Source: Anaerolineales bacterium (GTDB lineage: Bacteria; Chloroflexota; Anaerolineae; Anaerolineales; UBA4823). Taken from it: a stretch of 64,000 bases of DNA. The notes under the pieces were generated by a model. It was not told the DNA's origin. It searched no databases and saw nothing but the letters and a program-made list of their open reading frames with translations. Shown in pieces: positions 17,004 to 28,012 of this stretch. The position numbers and the translations under genes were made by a program. Location of the stretch: assembly GCA_025057645.1 (NCBI GenBank), contig JANXBJ010000003.1, positions 111,023 through 175,022 of the forward strand, given 5' to 3'. How positions within the stretch are numbered: position 1 is the first letter of the stretch; each line of letters opens with the position of its first letter.

Positions 17004-18065
17004 ATGAATGAGCAATATCCTTCCGGGAAGCAGATTCGATTGACAAGCCTATCCAGCTGTGCGGGTTGAGCATCCAAGCTGAGCGCAGAAGCGCTGGCGC
17101 AGGTGCTGCGCCCGATCCGAGCCATTTTTCAGGAGTCGCAGGAGCCGAGGTTGCTTGTGGGGCTGGACGAGCCAGATGATGCTGCCGTATGGCAGTTGGA
17201 CGAGGAGAAAGCCCTTGTCATAACGACAGACTTCTTTACCCCTGTAGTCGATGATCCTTACGATTACGGAGCGATCGCCGCGGCTAATTCTCTCTCCGAT
17301 GTGTATGCCATGGGGGGAAGGCCATTTCTGGCGCTAAATATCGCCGCTCTTCCCCCCGAGCTGCCCACAGAGACTCTCACCGAGATCATTCGAGGGGGAG
17401 CCGAAAAAGCCCGTGAAGCCGGTGTGGTTATCGCCGGAGGCCACACCATCCAAGATAAGGAGCCGAAATATGGCTTAGTAGCTATTGGTTTCGTTCACCC
17501 AAGAAACTTCCTGCGGAAGAGCGGCGCAAGTCCCGGAGATCAGCTTATCCTTACTAAACCCCTTGGCTTTGGTACCACCACCACCGCCCTAAAGCGTGGC
17601 TTGGTGTGCGAAGAACATATCGGCGAAGCCGTAGAATGGATGAAAAAGCTTAACCGCCAGGCGTCGGAGATCGCTCAACAGGTCGGGCTTACCACTGCCA
17701 CCGATATTACCGGTTACAGTCTGCTCGGTCACGCTTGGGAGATCGCCTCGCTCTCTGGGGTCGGCTTACGCCTGAATTTCGAGGCAATCCCGTTTATCCC
17801 AGGGGCCAAAGAGTATGCTGCGCAATTCATTTTCCCGGGCGGCGCCTTCGACAACCGCTCGTATTTTCAAGCCCATGTGCGCTTTGACGCCAAACTGAGC
17901 GAAGCCGAGCAAATGTTGCTCTTTGATCCCCAAACCAGCGGTGGATTGCTTTTTGCGGTCCCGCCTTCACGGCTGCGGGCTTTTGAACAAGCCGCACAAC
18001 AACTCAGTCAGCCCTACTGGATTATTGGGGAGGTAACTTCTAGCGAGATCATCGAAGTGATCTAG
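17004..18065 (+). CDS. selD: Selenide, water dikinase, selenocysteine-containing (353 aa)
   Basis: ATG 17004 gives MNEQYPSGKQIRLTSLSSCAG-U(TGA 17067)-ASKL, in frame with the track ORF at 17103 (DDAAV, TTDFFTPVVDDP, DPQTSGGLL); SECIS-like hairpin at 17082-17095. Confidence 0.93.
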
Positions 18066-18310
18066 CTCGCCGGGGATTCGGACTCAACCTTTTCGATCTG
18101 AGGAAAGAATTGCTTGACTGTCCCTTCCACCCAGCCATGCAAAGTAGTTGGTTGCAGAGGACATCCTAAACAAGCGCCACCCAATCGCACCTTGAGAACC
18201 TTGCCGTCAAAGGACAGAAACTCAACCGAACCTCCGTGATATTGCTCGATGTAAGCACTCAACCGTTCGATTAGATCTCGTAGTTGCTGCTCAACAGATG
18301 CCTCGGTCAT
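18062..18310 (-). CDS. NifU/Nfu C-terminal domain Fe-S carrier
   Basis: HGGSVE...VRLGGACLGCP (CxxC). Confidence 0.88.
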   Translation of the reverse strand: MTEASVEQQLRDLIERLSAYIEQYHGGSVEFLSFDGKVLKVRLGGACLGCPLQPTTLHGWVEGTVKQFFPQIEKVESESPAS

Positions 18311-18319
18311 TCTTTCCTC

Positions 18320-18796
18320 CTATGGCTCACAAACGGTGGCGATCAAGCCCTGCTTGAGGAGCGTCATCACTTCTTTGCGCGTGCTGTGAAGGCGTTCCGC
18401 AATCACGTCAGCCAATCGTTCGAGGACAATAACACCTGTGTCGGGGTGTTGTCTACACAATCGGCGCAAGTCATCCCCGCGCACGCAAAGCAGCTTAGAA
18501 TCGGCGGCGCAGATCGCTCCCGAAGTGTAGTGTCGGCTTCCCAGAGCAGCCGACCACCCCACAATTCCTCCGGGTTTCACCCGAGCCACAACGATTTCCG
18601 GTCCATCCTCGGGCTTGTAGCGCACGATCACTTCCCCATGCACCACCAGATAGAGGAGATCGGCAACATCCCCTTGTTCGAACAAAAGCTCTCCCTCTCT
18701 GCAGCTACAAGGCATGAAGAGGGGCTTGAGTAGGGCGAGCTGTTTGGGAGATAAATCGGCGAAAAAGGGTGAGCGTTCGAAAATATCTTCGTTCAT
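18320..18796 (-). CDS. Stand-alone cyclic-nucleotide-binding domain protein (no HTH)
   Basis: LFEQGDVADLLYLVVHGEV, GIVGWSAAL; 158 aa. Confidence 0.85.
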   Translation of the reverse strand: MNEDIFERSPFFADLSPKQLALLKPLFMPCSCREGELLFEQGDVADLLYLVVHGEVIVRYKPEDGPEIVVARVKPGGIVGWSAALGSRHYTSGAICAADSKLLCVRGDDLRRLCRQHPDTGVIVLERLADVIAERLHSTRKEVMTLLKQGLIATVCEP

Positions 18797-18895
18797 GGTT
18801 GCTTTCTACCTACCTGCCGTAATTACCCCAAATTTACCTGAGAATCTTGCCTCTCACATAGTGGCAAATGTCATATTTGGGAGGATGATTTGCCA

Positions 18896-18938
18896 TAAAT
18901 CAAATCATGCCTCCAAGCGGAGACCTTGGAGGCATGAC
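18896..18938 (-). terminator. Intrinsic terminator after the first clpC
   Basis: TCATGCCTCCAAG / CTTGGAGGCATGA stem, followed by a T-rich run on the minus strand. Confidence 0.75.
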
Positions 18939-18973
18939 ATTCGGCAGGCCTAGGAAGGGGAGAAGCCCAAGTG

Positions 18974-21454
18974 TTACACTGTCAGGGCGCTTTCCTTGGC
19001 GAGAGGGAGAGTAGCTTGTTCTTTGCGTTGAAAGATTAGTTGGTTGGTGTTTGGGTCGACATCCACCCAGAGGTGATCGCCTTCTTTGAACTCACCGGCC
19101 AACAGGCGCAGCGATAGAGGACTCTCGAGGTGTTTTTGGATTGCCCGCTTTAGCGGCCGTGCCCCAAAGGTTGGATCGTAGCCGACTTCGGCGAGCCAGT
19201 TGCGTGCAGCCTCACTTAGCTCAACTGTGATCCCGTGTTCGCTAAGGCGTTCTTGCACTTCTTTCATCTGAAGGTCTACGATCTCACGCATATGCTCGAG
19301 CGAGAGCGGCGAGAACATGATTATCTCGTCGATCCGATTGAGGAACTCGGGACGGAAAGTGCTCTTCAGAGCTTTCTCGATCTTTTCTTGGGCTAGGCGC
19401 TCTTCGCTACTATCTGTGCGTTGCAGGAAGCCTAAGCTGCCCGACTTGCGCACAAATTCAGTGCCGAGATTGCTGGTCATGATTAGAACGGTGTTGCGGA
19501 AGTCGACTACGTTTCCTTGTCCGTCGGTCAAACGTCCGTCGTCCAGAATCTGCAAGAGGGCATTCCAGACTTCAGGGTGAGCTTTCTCAATTTCGTCAAA
19601 TAGAATCACGCGGTAAGGCCGTCGCCGCACCGCTTCGGTGAGTTGTCCGCCTTCCTCGTAGCCGACATATCCCGGCGGGGCGCCAAAGAGGCGCGAGACG
19701 GTATGTTGCTCGCGATATTCGCTCATATCGATCCGCACTAAGGCATCCTCGTTGTCGAACAAGAATTCCGCCAAGGCTTTAGCGAGTTCAGTTTTCCCTA
19801 CCCCGGAAGGGCCAATGAAAATGAACGAACCGATCGGGCGGCGAGGGTCTTTTAGGCCTGAGCGTGCTCTTCGGATAGCATCTGAGACGGCTTTGATCGC
19901 TTCGTCCTGACCTTTGATGCGCTCATGTAAACGCTCTTCCATGTGGAGAAGCTTTTCCGCTTCGGTTTCCATCATTTGCGCAACGGGAATGCCCGTCCAT
20001 TGCGCCACAACCTCGGCAATATCTTGAGCATCGACCACTTCGTCCAATTGGTGTTCGGCTTCCCACTTATCCCGCTTAGCGTTGAACTCGGCTTCAAGGC
20101 GCAATCGCTCGGATTTCTTCTGAGCGGCACGCTCATAATCACGCTCGAGCCCAGCTTGTTCTTCTTCTGCAGCCAGACGTTCGATCTCACTCTTCAGGGC
20201 TTTCAGATCAGGGGGAAGCGAATATAGGGCGATGCGCAGTTTGGCTGCAGCTTCGTCCATTAGGTCGATCGCCTTGTCGGGCAGACGGCGATCAGTCACG
20301 TAACGGGCGGATAGGCGCGCGGCAGCTACCAGAGCTTCGTCAGAAAAATGGACCTTGTGGTGGGCTTCATAGCGATCGCGCAACCCCCGCAACATCTGAA
20401 TGGTCTCTTCTACGCTGGGCTCCTCCACGAAGACCGGTGCAAAGCGGCGTTCAAGAGCGGCGTCTTTCTCGATGTATTTGCGGTATTCGTCAAGGGTGGT
20501 TGCCCCAATACACTGTAGCTCACCCCGTGCTAGGGCCGGCTTGAGCATATTTGAGGCGTCCATCGCTCCCTGAGCTGCGCCTGCACCCACAACTGTGTGC
20601 AGCTCGTCGATAAACATAATGATCTCGCCTTGAGCGCGTTGAATTTCCTCGATCACCGCCTTGAGACGTTCTTCGAATTCGCCGCGGAAGCGAGAACCGG
20701 CGATCATGCTGCCTAGGTCCAGGGCGAGCACACGCTTGCCGCTCAGGATTTCGGGGACGTCGTTGTTGGCGATCTTTTGGGCCAAGCCTTCGACAATGGC
20801 TGTCTTCCCAACCCCTGCTTCCCCGATGAGGACCGGATTGTTTTTGGTTCGCCGAGAGAGGATTTGGATCACACGCAAGATTTCTGCATCGCGGCCGATC
20901 ACGGGGTCAAGTTTGCCTTCGCGAGCTGCTTGGGTTAGATCACGCGAGTACTTCTCTAGGGTGCGGTATCGCGTTTCGGCTTGGGGATCGGTGACCCTTT
21001 GACCGCCGCGGATGTGCTGAATCGCTTCGTAAACGCGTTCGCGGGTTACGCCAGCTCCTTCTAAAAGGCGCGCCGCAGGGGTGCTGCGCTCGCTTAGGAT
21101 GGCTAGGAAAATGTGTTCGGTTGAGATATACTCGTCTCGTAAACGGTTAGCTTCCTCGTTGGCCAGATCGATAATGCGCTTTACTCTTGGAGTGATAAAA
21201 ATCTGCCCAGCTCCTCCCCCGAAAATGTTCGCTTTAGGGCTAGTGCGCAAAATGTAGTCCAAACGCTCCATAAGCGCGGTGGTATCCACCTTAAGCGCCT
21301 CTAGGATTTGTGAAACCACGCCCTGAGGCTGTTCGATCAGTGCAAGTAAAATGTGCTCAGTGTCAATTTGATTGTGCCCATAACGCTGGATAATCTCAGC
21401 GGCGCGCTGGGCTGCTTCTTGGGCTCGTTCGGTAAAGCGGTCAAATCGCATCAT
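18974..21454 (-). CDS. clpC: ClpC-type AAA+ chaperone (paralog 1)
   Basis: Clp-N repeats, GEAGVGKT and GPSGVGKT Walker A motifs, short middle domain, LGF ClpP-docking loop. Confidence 0.9.
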   Translation of the reverse strand: MMRFDRFTERAQEAAQRAAEIIQRYGHNQIDTEHILLALIEQPQGVVSQILEALKVDTTALMERLDYILRTSPKANIFGGGAGQIFITPRVKRIIDLANEEANRLRDEYISTEHIFLAILSERSTPAARLLEGAGVTRERVYEAIQHIRGGQRVTDPQAETRYRTLEKYSRDLTQAAREGKLDPVIGRDAEILRVIQILSRRTKNNPVLIGEAGVGKTAIVEGLAQKIANNDVPEILSGKRVLALDLGSMIAGSRFRGEFEERLKAVIEEIQRAQGEIIMFIDELHTVVGAGAAQGAMDASNMLKPALARGELQCIGATTLDEYRKYIEKDAALERRFAPVFVEEPSVEETIQMLRGLRDRYEAHHKVHFSDEALVAAARLSARYVTDRRLPDKAIDLMDEAAAKLRIALYSLPPDLKALKSEIERLAAEEEQAGLERDYERAAQKKSERLRLEAEFNAKRDKWEAEHQLDEVVDAQDIAEVVAQWTGIPVAQMMETEAEKLLHMEERLHERIKGQDEAIKAVSDAIRRARSGLKDPRRPIGSFIFIGPSGVGKTELAKALAEFLFDNEDALVRIDMSEYREQHTVSRLFGAPPGYVGYEEGGQLTEAVRRRPYRVILFDEIEKAHPEVWNALLQILDDGRLTDGQGNVVDFRNTVLIMTSNLGTEFVRKSGSLGFLQRTDSSEERLAQEKIEKALKSTFRPEFLNRIDEIIMFSPLSLEHMREIVDLQMKEVQERLSEHGITVELSEAARNWLAEVGYDPTFGARPLKRAIQKHLESPLSLRLLAGEFKEGDHLWVDVDPNTNQLIFQRKEQATLPLAKESALTV

Positions 21455-21764
21455 AGTGTTCTAGGTCCTTCCTTACAGTAGCCGAACTTTTCCTGACTAG
21501 GAAACTCGAATATTATTACAAATTTCTCTCGGGGGATTATATCCCTTATTCCATTAGCATTTTCTCGGACCGCTGTTAACATTGCATTAGAATGAACCGG
21601 CTTCGCATTTTTGGGCTTGATGCGGTTTGAACTCAGCTCAGAAGGGAAAATCGGCGCAAGCGCTCGAGTGAGGTTGGCAATACCATGGGTGTTCGAACGC
21701 AAGGAAAGAACGAGCCTGCGGAGAGAGTTTTGTGCAGAGAAGTGCATCGCTGGGTTTTTGAACC

Positions 21765-23978
21765 TTATCGCTCTTCTGCTTGAGAGTCTTCTCCCTCGTC
21801 CAGTAAAACCTCTCTCTCGCGACTCCCTGCAAGAAGCGGGCCAACCACACCCATGGCTTCGAGTTCGTCCATCAAGCGCGCTGCTCGAGGGTAGCCAATT
21901 CGGAGACGCCGTTGGAGAAGCGAGGCGCTGGCGCGACGTGTTGTGCGCACGATCTGGATTGCCTGCTCTAGCAGCGCGTCATGGTCTTCTAGAGGCGAGC
22001 TTTCCATGAGGTATTCTTCCCATGGCGGGGGTTCTTCTACGGAAGGAGCATTAGACTGCCAAAATGTGATCAGACGTTCAATTTCTACATCGTTGACCAT
22101 TACGCCTTGACAACGGATCGGCGAGACTGCGTCCGGCGGGAGGAAGAGCATGTCGCCATGTCCCAGTAAGGTTTCTGCACCGGCGTTATCCAGGATCACT
22201 CGCGAGTCAACCGCAGAAGCCACTGCAAAGGCGATCCGGGCAGGGAAATTGGCTTTGATCAGTCCGGTGACTACATCGGTGCTGGGACGTTGGGTAGCCA
22301 CGATAAGGTGGATCCCGGTGGCACGGGCCATTTGCGCTAGGCGGATCAAGGCGTGTTCGGTTTGCTCGGCAGCGATCATCATGAGGTCGGCTAGCTCATC
22401 GATAATCACAACCAAGTAGGGCAGAGGGGAAAGGTCTCTTTGACGACGGGCTTTTTTGTTGTGGGTTTCGATATTCCGCGAGCGGGTAGCTTCGAGCACC
22501 TTATAGCGGCGTTCCATTTCGCTCACCGTCCATCGCAGAACTCCGAGGATGCGCTCGATTTTCGTTTCGACCTTTCCCATCAGGTGAGGAAGGCCGTTAA
22601 AGCGCACCAATTCGACCATCTTGGGATCAATCATGATCAAGCGCAAGTCCTGTGGGGTGTTATTCATGGCTAAGCAGGTGGTAATTGCGGCAATAGAAAC
22701 CGATTTCCCCGAGCCAGTCGTGCCGGCAATCAAGAGATGCGGCATCCGCGCCAAATCCCCGACCACAGGGTTACCGGAGACATCTCTGCCCAGAGCGAGC
22801 GCCAGAGGAGAGCCCACCTTGGCAAAGGCCTCGCTCTCCAAGAGTGGGCGTAAGCGCACTACTGCAGGGCGTGGGTTAGGCACCTCGATGCCGATGTAGG
22901 GGCGGCCCGGCACGGGCGCCTCAATGCGCAAGCGTTCGGCTGCGAGCGCCAATGCCAAATCGCGACTCAGGGCCGAAATTTGAGCCACGCGCACTTTTTG
23001 TCTTGCGACCTCGCCCTCGGCGCCGTTTTTTTCGACAAAGCCCGGCTCAACAGCAAATTGCGTGATGGTTGGTCCGACCTGGACACCGACCACTCTGGCT
23101 GGAATCCCAAATTCACCCAAGGTTTTTTCGATCAGCGCAGCGGTCATGTTCACATTCCGTTCATCCGGGCGGTAGGGTGGCTCGTTCATGAGCAAACTGA
23201 GGGGAGGTAAGCGCTCGTCTCGTGGCAGAGAGGGCGTAGGTTGCTCGGCCCGCTGGTTTTCGAAGACGCGTAACTCCTTGCGCCATTCTTTGGGCAAAGG
23301 TTCCTTCGCTCTCTTCGGTGGCGAAGGGGTTGAATCGGCTTGATGGGAAAGGCCGTCCGTCTCTTCAGAGGAGAGGGGTGAGCCAGGACCTTCTTTACGC
23401 ATTTGACGCAGAACCCAATCCCACCCACCAAGGGCGACAAACAAGCACAGGGATAAGACAGCCACAATAAGCAAACCGTGAAGGATGGCTCCCACCAGAC
23501 CGAGCGGGAGCAACCATCCACCACTCAGCCGAGCCAACCCCCAGCCCACACGTCCCCCATCCAAGCCAGCTTCGGCTCGCCCGAGGTCTATTCCGCCGAA
23601 AACGCCAAGCAAGGCCAGCGAGCAGAACGCCACAGCCTCCCACGCAAGTATCTTCCCCCATTTGGGAGGAAGGGCGAAGCCACTGCGAGAGAGCAGCCTA
23701 AGGCCTAGCCAAGTGAACCCAACCACGATCCACAGGCTTCCCCAGCCAAACCAGAGCCGCAAAAACTGCGTCCATGCAGCTAGGAAGCCTGCCGTTAGGG
23801 GAGGGAAGAGAATGCCCAGCAAGGTCATAGCTGCCAAGGCGAAAGACAGGAGTCCACCGATGTCTTTCCCGAAGCGGCGAAAACGAGCCAATGCCCAGGG
23901 TGGGACAGCGGCTGTTCTCTGCGCTTCAGGAGAGGTTTTCCCCCCAGAGGAGGATTGGTGCAAGTGACTTTTGCCCAT
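21765..23978 (-). CDS. ftsK: DNA translocase FtsK/SpoIIIE
   Basis: N-terminal transmembrane domain, HLLIAGTTGSGKS, DELADLM, gamma domain SLLQRRLRIGYPRAARL; start moved to ATG 23978. Confidence 0.93.
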   Translation of the reverse strand: MGKSHLHQSSSGGKTSPEAQRTAAVPPWALARFRRFGKDIGGLLSFALAAMTLLGILFPPLTAGFLAAWTQFLRLWFGWGSLWIVVGFTWLGLRLLSRSGFALPPKWGKILAWEAVAFCSLALLGVFGGIDLGRAEAGLDGGRVGWGLARLSGGWLLPLGLVGAILHGLLIVAVLSLCLFVALGGWDWVLRQMRKEGPGSPLSSEETDGLSHQADSTPSPPKRAKEPLPKEWRKELRVFENQRAEQPTPSLPRDERLPPLSLLMNEPPYRPDERNVNMTAALIEKTLGEFGIPARVVGVQVGPTITQFAVEPGFVEKNGAEGEVARQKVRVAQISALSRDLALALAAERLRIEAPVPGRPYIGIEVPNPRPAVVRLRPLLESEAFAKVGSPLALALGRDVSGNPVVGDLARMPHLLIAGTTGSGKSVSIAAITTCLAMNNTPQDLRLIMIDPKMVELVRFNGLPHLMGKVETKIERILGVLRWTVSEMERRYKVLEATRSRNIETHNKKARRQRDLSPLPYLVVIIDELADLMMIAAEQTEHALIRLAQMARATGIHLIVATQRPSTDVVTGLIKANFPARIAFAVASAVDSRVILDNAGAETLLGHGDMLFLPPDAVSPIRCQGVMVNDVEIERLITFWQSNAPSVEEPPPWEEYLMESSPLEDHDALLEQAIQIVRTTRRASASLLQRRLRIGYPRAARLMDELEAMGVVGPLLAGSREREVLLDEGEDSQAEER

Positions 23979-24097
23979 CGGCCAGAGGTTAAACCTCCAT
24001 AGGGTCAATCAAGGGAGCTGCTAGAGGAGATTCTACTCGGTCTAAAAGCCGGGCTGGCCTGTCTAAAGCAGGTCCTAAAGTTGATTTCCATCTCTCG

Positions 24098-24961
24098 TTA
24101 CCTAAGCCACAAAGCTCCGACCACAGCAAAAAACAGGGTCAAGCTGATGTAGGAGTTGATATTGAAGAAGGCAAGATCGACCCTGGTCAAGTCGTGGGGT
24201 TTGACTAAGCGATGCTCCCAAACGAACAATGCACCGATGATTGCCAGGCCCACCCAGAACGGCAAGGTGAAGCGTTGCATCAGACCTAAAGCCACTAAGA
24301 GCAAGAAGCACACCAGATGGGAGAGTGAGGAGAGCGAAAGGGCAAAGGAGATGCCGAAGCGAGCAGGGATTGATTTCAGATTTTCTCGGCGGTCGACTTC
24401 CACGTCCTGACAGGCGTAGATGAGATCAAAGCCGCCGATCCAAAAAGTGACGACCAAAAAGAGCAGCCAGGCTGGAGCGTCCTCGGAAGAGAGCAAAGAA
24501 CCCCGCACTGCGACCCACGCTCCCAATGGGGCCAGACCGTCGGTGATGCCTAGGATATAGTGAGAAAGCCAGGTGAAGCGTTTGGTGTACGAGTACCCGA
24601 ATAAGAGCACCAACGCTCCGGGCAGTAATGTTAAGGGCAACGGGCCGAGCTGCCAAGCGGCCACTGCCAGAAGCACCGTAGCCAGTATCGTGCCCGTCCA
24701 AGCTGTGCCTAGCGAGATGCGTCCACTGACCAACGGACGTGCAGCGGTGCGCGGGTTTCGGGCGTCAATCTCGCGGTCGACAATACGGTTAAAGCCCATA
24801 GCTATGGTGCGCGCCGCAGTCATGGCAATGGTGATCCAAAGGAACTGGCGCCAAGTTGGGAAACCGCCGGCAGCCAAGATCATCCCTAAGTAGGCGAAAG
24901 GAAGGGCAAAAACGGTGTGCTCGAATTTGATTAACTCCAGAAAATTGCGCAAAGGTTTCAC
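24098..24961 (-). CDS. UbiA-family aromatic prenyltransferase (MqnP-like)
   Basis: IKFEHTVFALPF, FNRIVDREIDARNPRT, FDLIYACQD. Confidence 0.88.
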   Translation of the reverse strand: MKPLRNFLELIKFEHTVFALPFAYLGMILAAGGFPTWRQFLWITIAMTAARTIAMGFNRIVDREIDARNPRTAARPLVSGRISLGTAWTGTILATVLLAVAAWQLGPLPLTLLPGALVLLFGYSYTKRFTWLSHYILGITDGLAPLGAWVAVRGSLLSSEDAPAWLLFLVVTFWIGGFDLIYACQDVEVDRRENLKSIPARFGISFALSLSSLSHLVCFLLLVALGLMQRFTLPFWVGLAIIGALFVWEHRLVKPHDLTRVDLAFFNINSYISLTLFFAVVGALWLR

Positions 24962-25219
24962 GAGGTGAATTATAACTGCTCGGGAAAGAACTTTCTGCGA
25001 CTCTTTCGATCGTTACTGGAAGTGAGCATCAGCGCTTGTTAGCGGCAAGTACAAGGTGATCGGGCAAGAGCCAGAGCCCAAAACGGCGAAGTGGATGTTG
25101 TGAGAGCCAAGCAGACACTCCAGTTATGGTCGGAGAGGGCTCTTTTAGCGAGTGATAGAAGCCAGACGGACAGGAGCCTCTAACGGTGGGCGAGCAGCGG
25201 CTCGAAGAGAGAACCGGTT

Positions 25220-26347
25220 TCAGGGCAGGCGGATGTTGAGGTAGGTAACTTTTCCGGCAGAAATTTCGAACTCCACTTCTTCCGGCTTGGTGTAGATATA
25301 GCTTAGGCGATAGCGCCCGGCGGGCAGATCGTTCATCCCGAAATTTTCGCCCCACGGGGTCAGGCAGCTAAGCCTTGGGTCTTCGTAGGTGGCAAAGTAG
25401 CGGCGCTTGTGGATCGCATCCGGCAGGTCCAGAGGCTCGAGGACGAGGTTCGGTATCTCTAGGCAATTGCCTTGGAGATCAAGAAACCGTCCGGCCAAGA
25501 TCCCGCTTTCAGGGAGCGCAGGCGGGAACCAAAGTTCCGGGTTGCGCGTTGCCCCGTATTCGTTCTGACCTACTCGGATCTCGAAGTGCAAATGGGTGCC
25601 GGCAGCAACTCCCCCGAGACCTACCTCGCCGATCTTTTGCCCTAGGTTCACGGTTTGCTCGTTCTCTACCTCGACCTTGAGGAGGTGGCCATAGAGTGTA
25701 TAAACCGGATAGGCGTATTCCGAAAACCAGTGTTTCAGAATCACGACCTTCCCGTAGAACCCCCTTTTGGTTGCCAGAGAGACCTGATCGTCTTCGCCGG
25801 CAAACTCTACCCACCCGTCGGCCGCCGCATAGACCGGCTCTCCGGCTCGATTGACGAACTCCACTCCGTGATGCACCTCCCGTTCGCCGTTCTGGGTGCT
25901 GCCGTAGCGATACGTGGAGTCAACAGTGTTTACCCCCGGCGGTCGAATCGGGCGCTGAAGTGGAAACCGAACTTCTAAAACACAAATTGTCTCCCGACAA
26001 GGCTCTCCCTGTCCTCCAGGGAAAAGGGCAGTGCGGTGACCCTTGGTCTCTTGGTAATTAGGTAGAATTGTGGGGGGGAGAGGACGGGTCGGGGCGCTCG
26101 TTCTAGAGGGTAGGGGTGTTCCTTTGCCCCTTCCAGGAGAGGGAGTAAAGTCCCGGTGCTGTAGGGGGTCGAGTGCAGCATCTGACGTAGGAAGGTCGCT
26201 GCTCCCTCTCGGCTTGCTTGACAAATAGTCGGTTGAAAAGCAGCCTCCCAATATACTGCCGATCAAGAGCCATCCGATCCAGTTTCTCAGCCTAATTCCA
26301 TCTCTAGGCCGGCCCTTTGCTTCAGGCTTGCCTTCACTTGTTCCCAT
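25220..26347 (-). CDS. M23-family peptidase, probable lipoprotein (start uncertain)
   Basis: LGGC lipobox, HHGVEF, YGHL, HLHFEIR. Confidence 0.8.
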   Translation of the reverse strand: MGTSEGKPEAKGRPRDGIRLRNWIGWLLIGSILGGCFSTDYLSSKPRGSSDLPTSDAALDPLQHRDFTPSPGRGKGTPLPSRTSAPTRPLPPTILPNYQETKGHRTALFPGGQGEPCRETICVLEVRFPLQRPIRPPGVNTVDSTYRYGSTQNGEREVHHGVEFVNRAGEPVYAAADGWVEFAGEDDQVSLATKRGFYGKVVILKHWFSEYAYPVYTLYGHLLKVEVENEQTVNLGQKIGEVGLGGVAAGTHLHFEIRVGQNEYGATRNPELWFPPALPESGILAGRFLDLQGNCLEIPNLVLEPLDLPDAIHKRRYFATYEDPRLSCLTPWGENFGMNDLPAGRYRLSYIYTKPEEVEFEISAGKVTYLNIRLP

Positions 26348-27834
26348 AGGCCTCTGGCTTCTGCTTCGAGTTCCCTTAACCGACTCAACATCCTTTCTAC
26401 TACCTCGGCATCTTGGAGGTTTTGGAGGTTGATGCGCACGTTTAGAGCTGCCCCACGTAAGGCGGCCTGGGCTTGTGCCGCTGCCGAACCTCCATCACTG
26501 ATGGCATTTAGGTTGCCCTTTGCAATCACCTCTACTGCCAGTCGGAGGGCCTCAACTGCTCCTTGAGCGACTTCTAAGGGCACGGAAGCAGCCCGTAGAG
26601 TGGCAGCTTGCAGCACTGTGTTGCGCGCTTGCTCTTCTTCGGGGCTACCTTTGGGCAGGCGCAAGGCGTCCATAACAGCTTCAAAGGCTTGGGCATCCTG
26701 TATCACTGCAGCCTTCATCTGCTGTGCCAGGGCTTCGGCCTGCCGAAGGATTTCCTGCATCCGTTCTTCGACCTCGGCATATTTTGCCTTACCAATGGTG
26801 AGGCGCGCTACCATTGCCACCAGAGCCGCTGCGGCAGCAGCGCTAAACGCCGCAGCAGAGCCGCCGCCGGGGGTCGGTTTTGGGGCGGCTAGCTCATCTA
26901 AGAAGGCACTCCCTTTTTCCAGGGGGGACTGCTCGGCAAGGGCTGCTTCTAACCTCCGTTCTAGGATTTGATCGGGTTGGAATTGGTCTAGTTGCAAATA
27001 CCAAACGGCGCTGTCGATCAGCGCTTCCTGGGGGATCAGTCCCACCAGCTCGCTGTGATGGATCGCCACACCGTAGCGAGCTGCCTCGCGGCGGATCATC
27101 TCCTGGACGGTATGGATCGCCGTTTGGCGGTAATCGGTGAGGTTCATTGAAACTTGAGCTCTTCCTTCTACCAGCAGGCCGAGCGCCTTGACAAAGCGCA
27201 GACCCCCGGAGGAATGACGGATCACTTTGGCGATCTTTTTAGCCACGGAAACATCACCGGTGGTCAGGTAGACGTTGTAAGCGATTAGAAAAGGGCGAGC
27301 GCCGATCACAGTAGCCCCGGCCGGACCGAGTTTGGCTGGCCCGAAATCGGGTTGGCGGTCAGGGTTGGTTTCAATCTCGGCCTTGAGTCCTTCGTATTCA
27401 CCGCGGCGGATGTTCTCCAAGTTCTTCCGCTCCGGGCGAGTGGCAGCCTCTTCGTACAAATAAACAGGGATGCCCAATTCCTCTCCCACTCGTTTGCCCA
27501 ATCGGCGTGCAAGCTCGACGCACTCTTGCATCGTCACCCCACGAATCGGCACGAACGGAACCACATCGGTGGCACCGATGCGCGGGTGTTCGCCACGATG
27601 TTGGTTGAGGTCGATCAAATCCGCCGCTCTGGCAATAGCCCGGAAAGCGGCTTCGGCAACGGCTTGCGGTTCGCCGACAAAGGTGAGAACAGTGCGATTG
27701 TGATCCAAGTCCGAGTGACGATCGAGCAGAATCACCCCGGGGACACTTTCCACGGCTGCCATAATCTCCGAGATCACTTGCGGGCGGCGGGCTTCGGAAA
27801 AGTTGGGAACACACTCCACCAAAGCGTTCGGCAT
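26287..27834 (-). CDS. ftcD: Bifunctional glutamate formimidoyltransferase / cyclodeaminase
   Basis: VECVPNFSE, DHNRTV, HPRIGATDVVPFVP, PTPGGGSAAA; start at ATG 27834. Confidence 0.93.
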   Translation of the reverse strand: MPNALVECVPNFSEARRPQVISEIMAAVESVPGVILLDRHSDLDHNRTVLTFVGEPQAVAEAAFRAIARAADLIDLNQHRGEHPRIGATDVVPFVPIRGVTMQECVELARRLGKRVGEELGIPVYLYEEAATRPERKNLENIRRGEYEGLKAEIETNPDRQPDFGPAKLGPAGATVIGARPFLIAYNVYLTTGDVSVAKKIAKVIRHSSGGLRFVKALGLLVEGRAQVSMNLTDYRQTAIHTVQEMIRREAARYGVAIHHSELVGLIPQEALIDSAVWYLQLDQFQPDQILERRLEAALAEQSPLEKGSAFLDELAAPKPTPGGGSAAAFSAAAAAALVAMVARLTIGKAKYAEVEERMQEILRQAEALAQQMKAAVIQDAQAFEAVMDALRLPKGSPEEEQARNTVLQAATLRAASVPLEVAQGAVEALRLAVEVIAKGNLNAISDGGSAAAQAQAALRGAALNVRINLQNLQDAEVVERMLSRLRELEAEARGLWEQVKASLKQRAGLEMELG

Positions 27835-27964
27835 AGGGAAGTCCTTTCGAGGAGGAAGTATTGGTGCGAAACCCGTGAAATTATACCCTGGAGGCGAGGG
27901 GTCTTTCGCCCTTGAGGAGCGTTGCAGCGCCGTGACCTCACTTTTCAAGGCCCGAGCCGCTCAT

Positions 27965-28005
27965 TAAAAGAGACATCCGAAGCCTTGCCAGAAGCTTCGG
28001 ATGTC
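27965..28005 (-). terminator. Intrinsic terminator after the second clpC
   Basis: GACATCCGAAGC / GCTTCGGATGTC stem, then TCTTTT on the minus strand. Confidence 0.75.
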
Positions 28006-28012
28006 CGCAATT

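Noticed and set aside
21554-21579. CIRCE-like TTAGCA...TGTTAA upstream of clpC paralog 1
   Set aside because: The spacer is 14 rather than 15 nt and the inner CTC/GAG bases are absent.
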